DNA of 64,000 nucleotides from Hydrolagus colliei. Lineage: Eukaryota. Positions 13,001 to 25,200 of the stretch are shown in pieces; positions within the stretch are counted from its first letter, which is position 1; every line of letters begins with the position of its first letter. The stretch spans positions 8,928,001-8,992,000 of the forward strand of contig CM068755.1 in the NCBI GenBank assembly GCA_035084275.1, written 5' to 3'. The notes under the pieces are model-generated. The model was not told the origin of the DNA, ran no database searches, and saw only the letters and a program-made list of their open reading frames with translations. The translations under genes were made by a program, and so were the position numbers.

Positions 13001-16000
13001 TCATTTCCTTGCCTTTTGCTGTAATCTATCTGCAGGGAATGGTCAACTATCAGATCTGTTGGACAGACAGGATTCACTTTGGCAGGATTCCCCCCAAGTT
13101 TCTTCACCGCTTCCCTCATGGCAGCAAAATCCACCACAGCTGGAATGCCACTGAAATAAAATGAACAACAGTGAGAAAAAGCAACTTTTCTTTCAGTGAA
13201 GCAATTTCTTGCTCGTAATATACACACAATCTTGACATTGTCATGAAACACTAGGAAATATAAAAACACAATTTGACATTCTCATACTTGATGTGAAACT
13301 AAATACAATACACTTAACCTTCACACCAACATAACTATAACAACAACAACGATTTATATACCACCCTCCATGCCGGATGGGGTCTCAGAGCGCTTCAAAC
13401 TATAAAGGAAACATAAAGCTCAATTTTCTATCAATAGAGTTATGTCTCACGTGAAATCTTGGAGGAGAACCCGTGCCGGCCAGAAGGGTACGTCAGCATT
13501 GTTCTGCTGTTTTTTCCAATCAAGGATATTCAGAGCATCTTCCTTTTTTATGTGGAACCCATCGCAATTTCGCACAGCAGCCTCAAACAGCACACGAATG
13601 GAGTAAGGCAACAACTCTTTTTTTTTTGGAAGGGGAGGAAGGAAAGAGGGAAAGGACACAATAAGTTAATGTTCCTTTGTAATTCAAATAATTCAAGATA
13701 TTAATTCAAGTCTCCTGCTTCAAAAAAATAAGCAACTAAGCCAGTTTTGACAGCATTTACTACCTGTTACAACCTTTGCACTCAATTGCTAAATAGCTGT
13801 CATGGATGATGTCATTTTGAGCAATATCATATATAACTATAGCAATATGCACCAGTTATATGTCCAGCATAAACAAACATTTGGATTAGTCTTTGCCCAA
13901 CTACCTGATCAGCTAAATAATTGTAATTGGATGCCAGATATTCATTCATTGTATGTCAATTTTCCTGATCTTAGTTTTGCTTTTATAAGTTATGTAGACA
14001 TTAACTGTCTCAGATAACTTTCTAAAGCAAACTAGATTGTAAACAAAGACATAACAATGCACGGTTTTCATGATGGCATATAAATTGGTTCAAAATTAAT
14101 ATTTGAATAGAACTAGAAACTATTTTCACAGAAGTACGCAACTGCACATTTACTCTGAATATAAGACTCACCAAAATTGACTCAATCTAGGAAGTGTGGG
14201 TAATAAAAGTGATGTAGCGGTTACATAGTTGAAAATCAAATTAGTTTCAAAACTAAAATAATGCAAGTACTTCAAGAAAAACTGAAATTGAACATTATTA
14301 ATAAAAACTGCAACATAAATATTTGGCTTTCATCTAATATCACTTGGAATCAATAACATTGTTTGAATTATTTTTGTAGCATCCAACAGGAAAGATGATG
14401 TCTAGTGAAAACAAAACAAGGCGAGCTCCAAAATAAAGATGTCACTTCATTCTGATCAAGATCCGAATTAGTAAAAATCATTTGCAGGATACAGTTCATA
14501 ATCTGCCTCTCTCATTCCATTTTAGTTCCCATCCTAAATTAAAACAATGTTCCAAAAACATACCATCTCAAGCATCTTATATTATCTTACCATATCTGTG
14601 GTCTTCAAGTTTAAGAATATTAAAATATTTTTTGTCTGGACGATCTTCAGTTAATGGCTCAATTAGATGAAAGAAGGGGTGTTCTAGAATTAATTAAAAA
14701 AAGAAGTACGTGACAGAGCTACAATTAGACAACATATACTATTTCACTTTAAACAGATGGAATTATGTAAGCTATTTATGCATCATTGATCAAGCGCCAA
14801 TGAATGGAAGCTTAAAGTTTAAAAGTGGTGTAACATTAACATTCCAGAACTGCACAGTAAGCACTGAACGTATTTGGTTATGTGATAAAGGATCACACAG
14901 ATATAAAACAGATATAAATACCTGTACTTAGCCAAATCCAGAACAGGGGTGAAAATATCATATTGGTGTAGAAACCACAAACACCATGTTTATTGGACTC
15001 CTCTGTCTTTTTAACCCGTTTTCGTACTTATTCTAGTTGTATTTCTCCCACAAATATACAGTCAATTTTCCTACTTTCCTTCCCTCAACCATGACCCCTC
15101 CCCCATTACTCTGGTCCCTCCCTCTTTTCCCCCCCCCTTTCTTCCCTCTTGTCTTCTCCATCCCCCCTGCTCTGGTCCCAACCTTGGGACGTTGTTGTAT
15201 TCTGTGAAGCATTTTGAGACGTCGATAAGATGTGGAAAGCGCTATATAAATGTAAGGATTATTATTATTTATTATTATATATTATTATTATTTCTCCACA
15301 CTTAGAAAATGTGTATGATTATTATTATAAAGTACATGGAAGATAAAAGCTCAAAATGGAGGCTACACAATGCAAGGACTTTCCGCCGGGCGAGATTTCA
15401 AAATATACTCCTCGTTAGTGATCAGCTAATTGACATGAATGTTCGGCAATGCTTCTGACAAATACCTCTAGAAAATTTGCCACCAATTTGAAGTTTTACA
15501 GACCACACCCTTTATCAATGTAACCAGAATTTCACACAGCACAACTGTACTGGACAGATATAGTATCAGTAACACCGTGATGCTCTCTACAGTTAACTAG
15601 ACTGATGCACACCATGTAGGTTCAGCTAAAGAATCTTTATTTGTATGAGGTACAAAAGAACCACTAGGACTCATGTTCCAAAAAATGCCTTCAAGCAAAA
15701 GGGAGGACGAGACGGAGGGAAATGTTTGTTAAAAACATCCATTTGACAAGAGAAAGTGCTCATTGTCTAAATAAGAAATCAGCTTGACCCACAACATTAG
15801 ACCCATCAGGGACCATAAGCTTGCTGCGGTAGCCCGACGACAGAAGAACGAAATAACGTAGAAAGGAGGGGATAGTAGAAGGGTAGGAATCAGGAAGGAT
15901 GCAGGGCTAGGGGAAGAAGGTTGATCGAAAGCACAGTTGAAAAAGAGAGCCTTGAGGTGGGTCTTTAAGGAGGCATGAGATTTGGCGAGGCAGAGGGACT

Positions 16001-18204
16001 GTGGGATAAAGTTCCAGAGGGTGGGGGAAGAGTGGCTGAAGGCATACCTGCCAATGGGCAAGTAAGGTGGGTGATATGAAGCAGGCCGGAGCCTACTGAG
16101 CGGAGGGAGCGGGAGGTTGGTTGGGGATTGGGAGGTTGCAGAGGTAGGGGGAGATTGGTAGGGAGAGATTGGTAGGGGGAGATTGGTAGGAGGAGGTCGC
16201 AGCAGTAGGTGGGAGAGAGGCCACAGAGAGCTTTGAAGGCAAGGACCAGGATCTTGAACCATATCCTCTGTGTGAACTGAAGGCAGTGGAGTCAGGCGGG
16301 AGTGGTGGTGATATTGTCACCGAACCTAGTGCGGGAGAGGACACAGACTGCATAATTCTGCATGATCTGCAACCTGTGAAAGGTGGAATTGGGGAGGCTG
16401 ACAAGCAATGAGTTTGCATAGTCAAGCCTGGATGTTAGCGCTTTGGGACGTCCCCCTGACATAAAAGGTGCTACACAAATGTAATTTTGTTGTTGTTACA
16501 AATGCATTTATGAGTTTTGATGCCTGCGTGTGCGACAATTGCGGAGCCAGTCAAAGTTGTGGAGGTGGGGGAAGGTTGAGCAGGGCATGGATGTGGGAGT
16601 GCATTTGATATGATCCCTGATCATATAGGTGAGACACCTCAAACACTTCAAAGTTTATACTATGAAGGGAATTGATTATATTTTGTAGGCAAAATAATTT
16701 TGTGGGCAAAATTTATTCCACATAATACAGAACTCCTTTTCTCCTCTTGGCGAACTATTTTTTCTTGGAACAATATGCAATACACATTTAATTTTAGCAG
16801 TACTTTTAACAGCACAATAAAGAAAGATTATCCCAGGTCCTAACCAACAATCCTCCAGATAAACTGCTCATCCAATTGTCCATTGGATATTGTGTGTAAA
16901 TTGGCTATAAATACAATGACCAGCAGTATTGATTGTAAAGCACTTTGAGACATTATCAGTTTTATAGCCACTCTATCAAATGGAAGTATTTCAGAAACAT
17001 TTTCTGAATGTCGCCACTCCCTCAAAACTGCACAGGAGTGCATGCATTCATCCACCTTTAGCCCCAAAACGCTTCACGGGATATATAATAAGAATCTCCT
17101 GTAAAGTGAATTAATTATGTATTTTCGGACAAAATATAAAAATTTAGAATGCAAGGTTTTAGAAATAGTTGATGATCTGTCTAATTAGAAACAGGAATTT
17201 TTTGTACAATAAATATTCCTTAAGTGGGTAACCTGTGAGAAAGGGTAATTTGGGAGAAACGAATGGTGTCCAAAATTATATTCTAAGTGTTACATTTTTT
17301 TTAATATATATTTCCCGACAAGTGCACGGTGGGTATAAATATTTTGTGAAAATACGTGATCAAGTGGCAGTAAGTAACTCTTGTTAGGACATACAGTTGA
17401 TATATAAACCAATATAGAATTGCTCAGCAACACTGTAAAACGTTACTTAATGCTCGGTCTCAAAATTTAATCACACATTAACAGTGCAGAATCCTCTCGG
17501 TTATCAGCATTCACATGACAGCCACCTGACGCGAAAGGCCCTATACGAGTGTAATTTTATTGTTGTTATCAGATAGATCAACAGGAACACCATAATTGCA
17601 TAACACGGATTGTAACCTTGTTTATTTTCACAAAAAAAACCACAGGACTGTCACCATTCAACCCAAAAGCTGTGAATTATTGTATTCAAAGAAGGCCCTC
17701 TACTGTACACACCGCAGCAAGGGAAATCACCCCCTGGTAAAACTCAACAACAAAAATCACATTTATAGAGCGCCTTTCACGTCGGGAGGACGTCCCGAGG
17801 CGCCGACTCCTCTATTATTATATATGTTTTTAAAGTTACGTTCTGAAAAAAAAGTGTGCCATCTGCAGTTAGGTCAGATACAAGGATTGGAAGCTTGAAA
17901 GTAAACAGTGGATGGCGTGCGAGAGAGGGGGAAGCTGCCGGGGTCACAGTACACGGTGTCACTGCCCTCTGCTCTCCCCCACCATCCCGGCTTGTGGTGT
18001 TTAAAGCTCCAGCCTCAGCTACAACAACAACAACAGCAGCCGAGCTCCACAGTCAGTCAGCGACTCGAGTCCCAGACACCGCGGCAAGCACGTCACCCAA
18101 CCCTGCCGCTGTGAGTGAGTGTGTGTTCGAGTTCACGTTCACCCAGGCCCTGTCTTCACTCGGGCAGAGTCAAGTCCTCGCTTACCTGTCGGACCCTCCG
18201 CCAT
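1098..18204 (-). CDS. IREB2: Iron-responsive element binding protein 2 (IRP2), complete, 22 coding exons, 967 aa
   Basis: Exons in transcription order: 18186-18204 (ATG), 14591-14683, 13451-13616, 13013-13150, 12343-12567, 11944-12013, 11216-11399, 9480-9619, 9208-9379, 9001-9101, 8418-8534, 6558-6717, 4997-5132, 4611-4695, 4061-4217, 3840-3964, 3446-3550, 2867-3009, 2426-2573, 2211-2333, 1923-2108, 1098-1208 (TAA). Total 2904 nt with consistent phases. Aconitase-family motifs [45 protein letters not shown]2-specific marks: Cys/Pro-rich exon-5 insertion, [17 protein letters not shown]. Confidence 0.97.
5417..5710 (-). mobile_element. Diverged SINE, same family
   Basis: TTGCATTTGATATAGC, CAGCAGTGTCCCACAAACAGTC, GTGGAGTAAGGAAACTT and CTCTAACCACT blocks in the expected order. 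Confidence 0.75.
5877..5921. repeat. 15-bp tandem repeat ACAGTTTGGGGGAGG x3
   Basis: Three exact copies in IREB2 intron 12. Confidence 0.9.
7074..8135 (-). mobile_element. Non-autonomous hAT DNA transposon in IREB2 intron 11 with a frameshifted BED-finger transposase fragment
   Basis: Perfect 8-bp TSD CTAGTGAG (7066-7073 and 8136-8143); imperfect 16-bp TIRs TAGTGTCTGTCGATAT / TAGTGTCCGGTGATAT; ATATCG-rich subtermini; minus-strand ZBED1-like fragment about 7165-7714 ([36 protein letters not shown]). Confidence 0.9.
10185..10510 (-). mobile_element. L2 LINE 3' end
   Basis: Minus-strand [19 protein letters not shown]...LKPFLF followed by tail GCGCTTTGGGACGCCC...GTGAAAGGCGCTATATAAGTGCAA. Confidence 0.8.
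10640..10982 (-). mobile_element. Older Deu-core SINE with a different body (AmnSINE1/SacSINE1-like)
   Basis: GCCATGGGATCTTTAA...GGTTTAATGTCTCATCT...CTGACTCAGAGGC...GCTACCATTGAGCCAAGCTGA; related diverged copies near 20380-20600 (+), 48590-48770 (+) and 49165-49360 (-). Family name from recall. Confidence 0.6.
11459..11696 (-). mobile_element. SINE, same family, internally deleted, in IREB2 intron 6
   Basis: tRNA head and tail present; the segment between GTCTTCTAG and GTGCGCAGAGC is missing. Confidence 0.8.
15860..16497 (-). mobile_element. L2 LINE fragment with an oppositely oriented 3' tail
   Basis: Minus-strand ORF2 remnant ([14 protein letters not shown]...LKTHL) about 15860-16430; plus-strand L2 tail 16438-16497; internal 14-bp G-rich tandem 16143-16190. 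Confidence 0.7.
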
Positions 18205-18560
18205 CGCTGCGTCTCAGGGAAGCACGGACGCCCTAAGCCACGCCCACCGCCCCCACCCCCCCGGCAACATGTCACCTCATTGGAAGCCGGCGCTGACCAA
18301 TCGCTGCGCGTGTTACTCACGGTTACCGCCGCCGGCGGCGGAAGAAGATTCCTTCCCTCTCTCCGACCAAACGCCCATCTCGGCCACCCCACCGCCATCC
18401 GTTCAAAGTGGCTGCGAGCAGGATTCTTCGTTGAATAATAGTGTTTTTTTAATATAAAAAAAACTGTATATGGAGCAGGAGGGGAGGGGGTTTGAGGCAA
18501 ATTGTCTCCTTTTAAAGGTACAATACGTTTAACCTTTGACCCGTGGTGCGGTGATGAAAC
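18205..18560. promoter_or_regulatory. CpG-rich promoter of IREB2, probably bidirectional with the SLC25A44-like gene
   Basis: GC/CpG-rich stretch upstream of the IREB2 ATG; GC boxes about 18240-18260; opposite CCAAT boxes (ATTGG 18279-18283, CCAAT 18297-18301); ETS-type CGGAAG 18339-18344; DR1 at 18530-18542. TSS positions cannot be read from sequence. Confidence 0.65.
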
Positions 18561-19479
18561 TCGGTCGTTTTTTTTATTTTGACGATTTGAGGAAGGAGGG
18601 GGGGGGGATTACGGTTGTAATTCGAACATGAGTTCCTTTATAAGTTATTATTCAATATGAGTTTGGTATTGTGGGTTATTATGAGGTGGGGGGGGGGAGG
18701 GGGCGCTGGAACTGTTGTGACAACTGTAGCGCTGGCTGATCGCCGCCTGGGTCACCACAGGGCTCTTGAGTAAACTGTCACTAAATCAATCAATCAATCA
18801 ATCAGTGTTCACTAAAAACTTGCAGCACGTGTTGCCGTGCGATTTTTTTTCAAGTGAAGGAGGTGACTCATTCATCATGGCAGGATTCATGTTCGAAAAG
18901 TTGAACCGAATTCCACTGGCCCAATGAGAGCATTGCCTTCTCGTGCCTTCGAGACAACTCGAAGCGCTTCACGGTAATGTGAGTTGACTTAAGTTTGGTG
19001 GGTGAAATGCGGCAGCAGCCAGTTGCGCACAACAGTGACCTACAAACAGTCATGGGATGAGTGACCGTTTTCTTTACTTTTTTGAAGGAATTTGTTAATC
19101 CCGGAAAAGTGATCGGCCAATTGACTAACAACCGGTGACCTGCTTACTGCTAGGTAAAATGTCATTGCCTTTTGGTGGTGGTGATGATGATGCTGTTAGA
19201 CATTTTACATTGGTCTATAATTTGTAGAAACATCTATTTCATATCTATTTCTCTGGGAAATTGTCCCCAAAGAGACCATACACCAGAAAGTATTGTTTTT
19301 GTCTCTGGTTCTGCAGAGGTATTACTTGTTTATTAATGTTTATTCTTAACCCCTTTCCATTTTAATTTGAATTCAAGAACATTAGCTGAAATAATAGTAG
19401 GCTTAAGCAATATTCTAAATAGAAATATGAAAGAAATTTACATTTATGTGATGACTTTCGTGTTGTTTTATGTTTCAAG

Positions 19480-19800
19480 CTGGGGGTAAAAACTGAGGAT
19501 GGTGGGGAGGGGAAGATGGATAAAAGTTCAATCAAACCAGGAGGTTTTGAGGTGGATGATATATGAGATGGAGGAGGGAGCAATTTGGAGGGACTCGGAT
19601 GGAGTTCCAGAGAATGGGGCACTCAGGGTAAATACTTGCGCACCAATAGAGGGGTGAGTAGGGTAGGGCATTGAAGCTGGCTGACCAAAGGAAGTGGCTG
19701 GGTTGATAAGGGGAATGGGATGAGACTATGGAGGGATATAAATGTGAGAAAGAGGATCTTCAACTGCCCCCACTGGGGTTTGGGGAGCCAATAGAGAAAG
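19480..19800 (-). mobile_element. Old degraded L2 fragment
   Basis: Purine-rich plus strand with GGAGTTCCAGAG and GAGGATCTTCAA, homologous to the other minus-strand L2 copies in this window. Confidence 0.5.
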
Positions 19801-20621
19801 GGTGATAGGCTCACAGAAAATTAACTACTTATTAAGCAATCAAGTGAGCAAATGTAATTGGGGGGGTGGGGGGAATATGAATTATCTACAGAGTTAAATA
19901 GTTCCACAAAAGGTGGCTGTGAACAAAATATTCCCTCAAAAAAAACAATAACAAATTGGTCGTTTCAATCCAAGACAGTTTATGACACACTACTGCACAC
20001 ATTTCACCCACTTATAAACAGTCGATTCACTTTACGGTATATTCTGTGAAGCGCTTTGGGACGTCTAGAAGTCTTGAAATGCGCTATATCAAATGAAAGA
20101 TTCTTATTATGATTTCATAGTGCTGCTCATAAAGTTGCAGTTTTTGACCCAAGCTATACAATCAACAAAATTGGCTTGTCATTTGGGATAAAAATATTTA
20201 AATAGGTATCTATTTAAATTTATCCACTTCTATTTAACAAAACAAAATAAATTAATTCTTCGCTTTATTAATTATTTTTGATGAATTCATTTATGCATTG
20301 TATAGGCCTGACTGAGGCATTAAACACTGTTGTTAGTAATACTGTATTATAACTTTTTGGTTAAAATTGTTGGTTCAAGCTTCACCTTGAGACTTTGAGC
20401 TCATGCTTGGGCAAAGTGCTGCATTGTCAGTGGTACCAGTGTTCAATGTATCAGTATTGAGACATTAAACCAAATCCTTCAGGTAACGTCCTTCAGACGT
20501 TAAATATTTTACAGCAATATTTGGAAAGAGAAGAGCGTTTCTCCCAGTATACTGGTCAATTATTTCCTAGATAAAATAGATCATTTACTTCATGGCAATT
20601 TGTGTTTCTCATAGAATTATA

Positions 20622-21037
20622 CAACAACAACACAATTACATTTCTGTAGCGCCTTTCAGGAGGACGTCCCAAGGCGGTGAACAGTTGGGATCAGGACCCG
20701 AGCATGAGGGCGGGTAAGGTTGGGATGAGGAAGGGCTCGGGTGAAGGAGGGATGAAAGTAGGGGGCGGTTGAAGCACAGTCGAAAAGGAGGGTCTTGCAT
20801 CGGGCCTTGAAGGAGGCAAAGTGGGGAGCAAGGTGATGGGATTGTGGGATGGAGTTCCAAAGAGTGACGGCAGAGAGGCTGAAAGCCTAGCCAACGATGG
20901 TAGGGTGGGAGACATGTTTCGGTCGGAGCCTGCTGAATGGAATGAGTGGACGGATTGATTGGAGGTAAGCAGGTCAGGGGGCAAGGCTGTCGATGGATTT
21001 GAAAGTGAGGACGAGGGTCCTGAATCCTACACAGCAC
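20622..21037 (-). mobile_element. L2 LINE 3' end
   Basis: Clearly homologous to 10185-10510; (CAA)n end and tail GCGCCTTTCAGGAGGACGTCCCAAGGCG on plus. Confidence 0.8.
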
Positions 21038-21340
21038 ATGATGCCATTGGACGTATTATGTCTGTGCCGGCTCTTTGAAAGGAGCTATCCAAATCAATCC
21101 CATTCCCCCGCTATGGAATCATAGTTTCTGTGCAAATGGACTGCTGTTTTTGCCCACAGATACAGGCATCACACCTGTATGGAAATATTGTGAAACCTTT
21201 TGAGCTATCTTCGCAATATAGGTGCTATATTCAATGTAATTTGAAAACAAAACTATTTATCAAGGTTGCTATACTTTGTGGATGTTGACATAAATGAGTG
21301 TGAAGTTCTTGATGGAAGTACAGTGTACTAATAATAATCC

Positions 21341-21540
21341 GTCCCAAAAAAAACCACAATAATAAAATTGGTCATTTCAATCCACGACTGTTTGTGGGAC
21401 ACTGCTGTGTGCAATTGGCTGTTGCGTTTCGCCCACAAATATACAGTCATTTCACTTTACAATACATTCTGTGAAGCGCTTTGAGATGTCAATAAGATGT
21501 GAAAAGGGCTATATCAAATGCAAGGATTATTATTTATTAT
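21341..21540 (+). mobile_element. 5'-truncated SINE, same family
   Basis: TTGGTCATTTCAATCCACGACTGTTTGTGGGACACTGCTGTG...AAATGCAAGGATTATTAT. Confidence 0.8.
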
Positions 21541-22264
21541 TTAGTGTCTTTTATAAGTCTTAATGGAGTAGGAAATGTCCAAATCCCGATGAACCTTAAC
21601 TTCCTTTAAATGAACACCAGCAAAACTGAAACAAACCATTCCACTTGTTTTTTGCCAACACCTCCTCTCCACTGGTTTTGACTGCATGGATTATCCTTGT
21701 TCTTGTTATGGATCACAAAAGTGTGTACCAGGGATGTGACATTTATATTTCCATTGCAGATATGTTATCCTAAAAACAAGAAGATGAAGATAAATTAGAA
21801 CATCTTGTTCTCTGTAGGTGATACAAAAGGACAGTCCTCAATGTTTTGTGGACCTCTGAATATTTTACTATTGCCCCAAAAGCCTATGTATTAAATAACA
21901 TTTAAAAAATGCACTTCTAACTTGTAGGATACTTTTGCAGTTCTAATATTTTCCTCGTAAATATAAGGATATCAACTTGATAAAAGTGAGCATAAATTGC
22001 ATAAATAGTCAGCATTAATTGCTTTCCTTAGAAAGTAAGGAGGAGAATTGGAAGGGAAGAACCTATTTCTGTCATCAGATGGTACAAGCCTATGTAATGT
22101 TCAGTACTTAAAAGCCTAACAAACTACATTAAAAGTTGAAAACATGTATTGCCGAAATATTAACGGGAGTAAAAAAGTAAGTGAGCAAAGGTATTTTTAA
22201 AGCTGAATTCTCTTTCTGTCCTTTTGCAGATTGCTGTGGATTTCAGAAGGAGCAGTGGCCAAAT

Positions 22265-25200
22265 ATGCAAGAGAAACGAAATATTCAGATAATAGAATGG
22301 GAGGACCTGGACAAGCGGAAGTTTTATTCCTTTGGTGTTTTTTTTTCTCTGACAGTCAGAGCCACGGTGTACCCTGCTACACTTATTAGAACTAGACTGC
22401 AGGTGCAGAAAGGGAATAGCCTTTACCGTGGCACTTTTGATGCATTCTTTAAAATCCTCAGAACTGATGGTGTACGTGGACTTTACAGAGGGTTTCTTGT
22501 TAATTTGTTCACAATTGTCTCTGGTCAAGGATACATTACAACCTATGAACTTGTGCGCAATTATGTGTCCAACTACACCAACAATAATGCTACCAAGTCC
22601 CTCGCAGCTGGAGGTTTAGCATCTCTCGTAGCACAGACTATTACAGTACCCATTGATGTAATTTCTCAACATCTAATGATCATGGGTCAAGGAGAAAATG
22701 TTGGCAGGTTTAAGCTAAGATCAAAGACATCTGTGACTTTTGGTCAATCACAGGAAATTATCATTCAGATTTTCAGGTTCGATGGCCTGAAAGGTTTTTA
22801 CAGAGGATATATTGCTTCATTATTGACATATATTCCTAACAGTGCATTGTGGTGGCCTTTTTATCATTTCTACGCAGGTAGGTAATGGTAAGATTACTCT
22901 GCTCATTAATAGTTATAATTTAGTCTGAAATTGCTTTTCACCATTTGTTTGGGAATCTGCGTTTGTTTGCCACAGGGAAATGAACTTGGGAGGTGCTAGG
23001 TTAGAAACCCATTTGGGCCAAGTTACTTAAAGTAAGTGTGCTACAGTTGACCTTTTGGGAAAGGAAAATCATCCATGTTTCTTGCTGCACTGACTCCTGT
23101 TGGAAAGTGCTCCTGTTTGGATTGAAGATGGGTTATCTATTGGATTAAACATGACTGATGCTCCTGCAGTTTAAAACTCCTGCCAACATTTGTTGTCAAA
23201 GGTAACACAAAAATAATATATTGTTCATCAGGTGAGGTATCATAAGTTGAATGGTCCCTGTTGAAATGGTACCTGAGGTGAATCCATACTTTTAGAAGAA
23301 GAGGGATGAAGAATATTGGGGAAACCAAATTCAACTTTTTCTGGCTTGCCTTCCAATGGCTGAATAGCTGCTAACTGTGTCTTTTTGTTCCACACATCAT
23401 GGATCGCGTGACTTTGTGTTATACATTCTGAGGGTGCGTAATATATTTCCCCATGATGTTACGTAAATAACAGTACGTAGTAGAAGCAAGAAAGAAAGGT
23501 CAGGATCAAATTTTCCTGATATTCAGATGTGGGTGCCAGCCTACGCTATTATTATTTAGGTTGTGGGCAAGAACAAAAGATATCAAAGCATTCAGCATAA
23601 TGTATGACATAACATTAAGATTTCAGCAGCCTGGATTTTTACACAAAAAGGCTGGGACAGCACAATGAGCAATGCTTAATGTCAGTGAGTCCATTCATTG
23701 CATAGCAATGAGCCCAGTATCAAAGATTTCTCCAACCCCACCATTACAGTTCAGATGAGGCTAACACTACAAGTATGATCCAACATTTCGGTTCATATAA
23801 TGTTTGGCGGCTGAATAGTTCCTGCACCTATTTTTGTTTATTTCCAATCTTGAACTGTTTCAAGAACAATCGTATTTTGGAAAATGATTTGCCAGCCTAA
23901 AACTAGTGTAGATTAATTGAAGTGGTTTCTAATTGCACATGTCTAATCTTTGCTTTTTGTTTGAATCACAGAGCAGCTGTCAAAATTAGCACCCAGTAAC
24001 TGCCCTCATCTAATCTTGCAAGCAGTGGCCGGGCCACTGGCAGCAGCCACGGCTGCTACAGTTACCAACCCCATGGATGTGGTCAGAGCTAGGCTTCAGG
24101 TGAGGATACTCTGAAATTACTAAACGCCCATCTTGGAAAGCATTCTATTTTTATAATGTGAAAGCTGTGTTTGTGCTGCATCATAATAATCCTTGCATTT
24201 GATATAGCGCTTTTCACATCTCCTAGATGACTCAAAGCACTTCACAGAATGTACTGTAAAGTGAATTGACTGTATATTTGTGGGCGAAACGTGGCAGCAG
24301 GAGTGTCCCACAAACAGTCGTGGATTGAAATGACCCATTATATTATTGTGGGTTTATTAATTTATTATTGTCAGTTTTTGGTGAGGGATTATTATCAGGT
24401 GTGTGGATTAAGGAAACTTGCTCCCTGACTGGAATTGAACCCAGGTGTTTCACTTGCAAGGCAAATGCTCTAACCACTGAGCTACAGAACTCTATGGGTA
24501 AAGAGTAACTGATTACATTGACAAGCTACAAATTTTCCTTCAGCCATGACAATTGTATTAAATTTCTTCTTCTTCTAAGTAAGTTCTCTTCTCTCTTGCT
24601 CTCCGAAGAGGGAAGAATCCTAAGGAAAGGGTTTATTTAAAGATTTTAGTGATAAAATCCCATGGCCAATGCTTATACTTTTCAGTGGACTCCAATTTCA
24701 ACCAATTTTGCTTTAAATCCTTGTTGTTACCAAATGGTAGCAGTGAATTGGGTTACCAGCCTTCCTTATGGCACGAGGCAAGGCATTTAAGAAGATGTGC
24801 AGTGTATAGAGGGGCTGAAGATATCGACTGACTAATATTTATCTCACAATTTACAGTGGTATTCTTGGACCAATTGGGTGACCAATGCTTATTACAGTGG
24901 GCTACCAATAAGGCCAAAAGGATGAAATTTAGACAGAGATACACGACCACTTAATTAATCAGCATTGCAAGACTGCTTTGAAGCTTCAAAGTTCAGTTAT
25001 CAGGTACCATAGAAAAAGGATTACCAGAAAGGTTTGCATTTAATATGTACCTTCAAAGAGAGTGAAGCGTCCAAGACTAGTAATGCTAAATTTTCAAATG
25101 TTTAGTACCCTTGTTTGCATTTTCCACTTTTCAGGTCATGCCTTAAAACTTTTCTTTTCGACTGTGTTTTTGGTCACCTTTTTCCCCCTCCCTAGGCTTG

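Noticed and set aside
17856-18500. Cluster of 100-126 aa ORFs, and similar ones at 54724-55375
   Set aside because: They overlap GC-rich promoters where stop codons are rare and show no recognisable protein family.
18795-18815. CAGTGT as a possible iron-responsive element loop (also near 26085)
   Set aside because: The flanks do not form the 5-bp upper stem with a bulged C. I found no convincing IRE by eye, though I could not run an exhaustive search.
22181-22264. N-terminal extension of the carrier ORF in the ORF track
   Set aside because: It starts at GTG and runs through a polypyrimidine tract and AG acceptor; family homology begins at ATG 22265.
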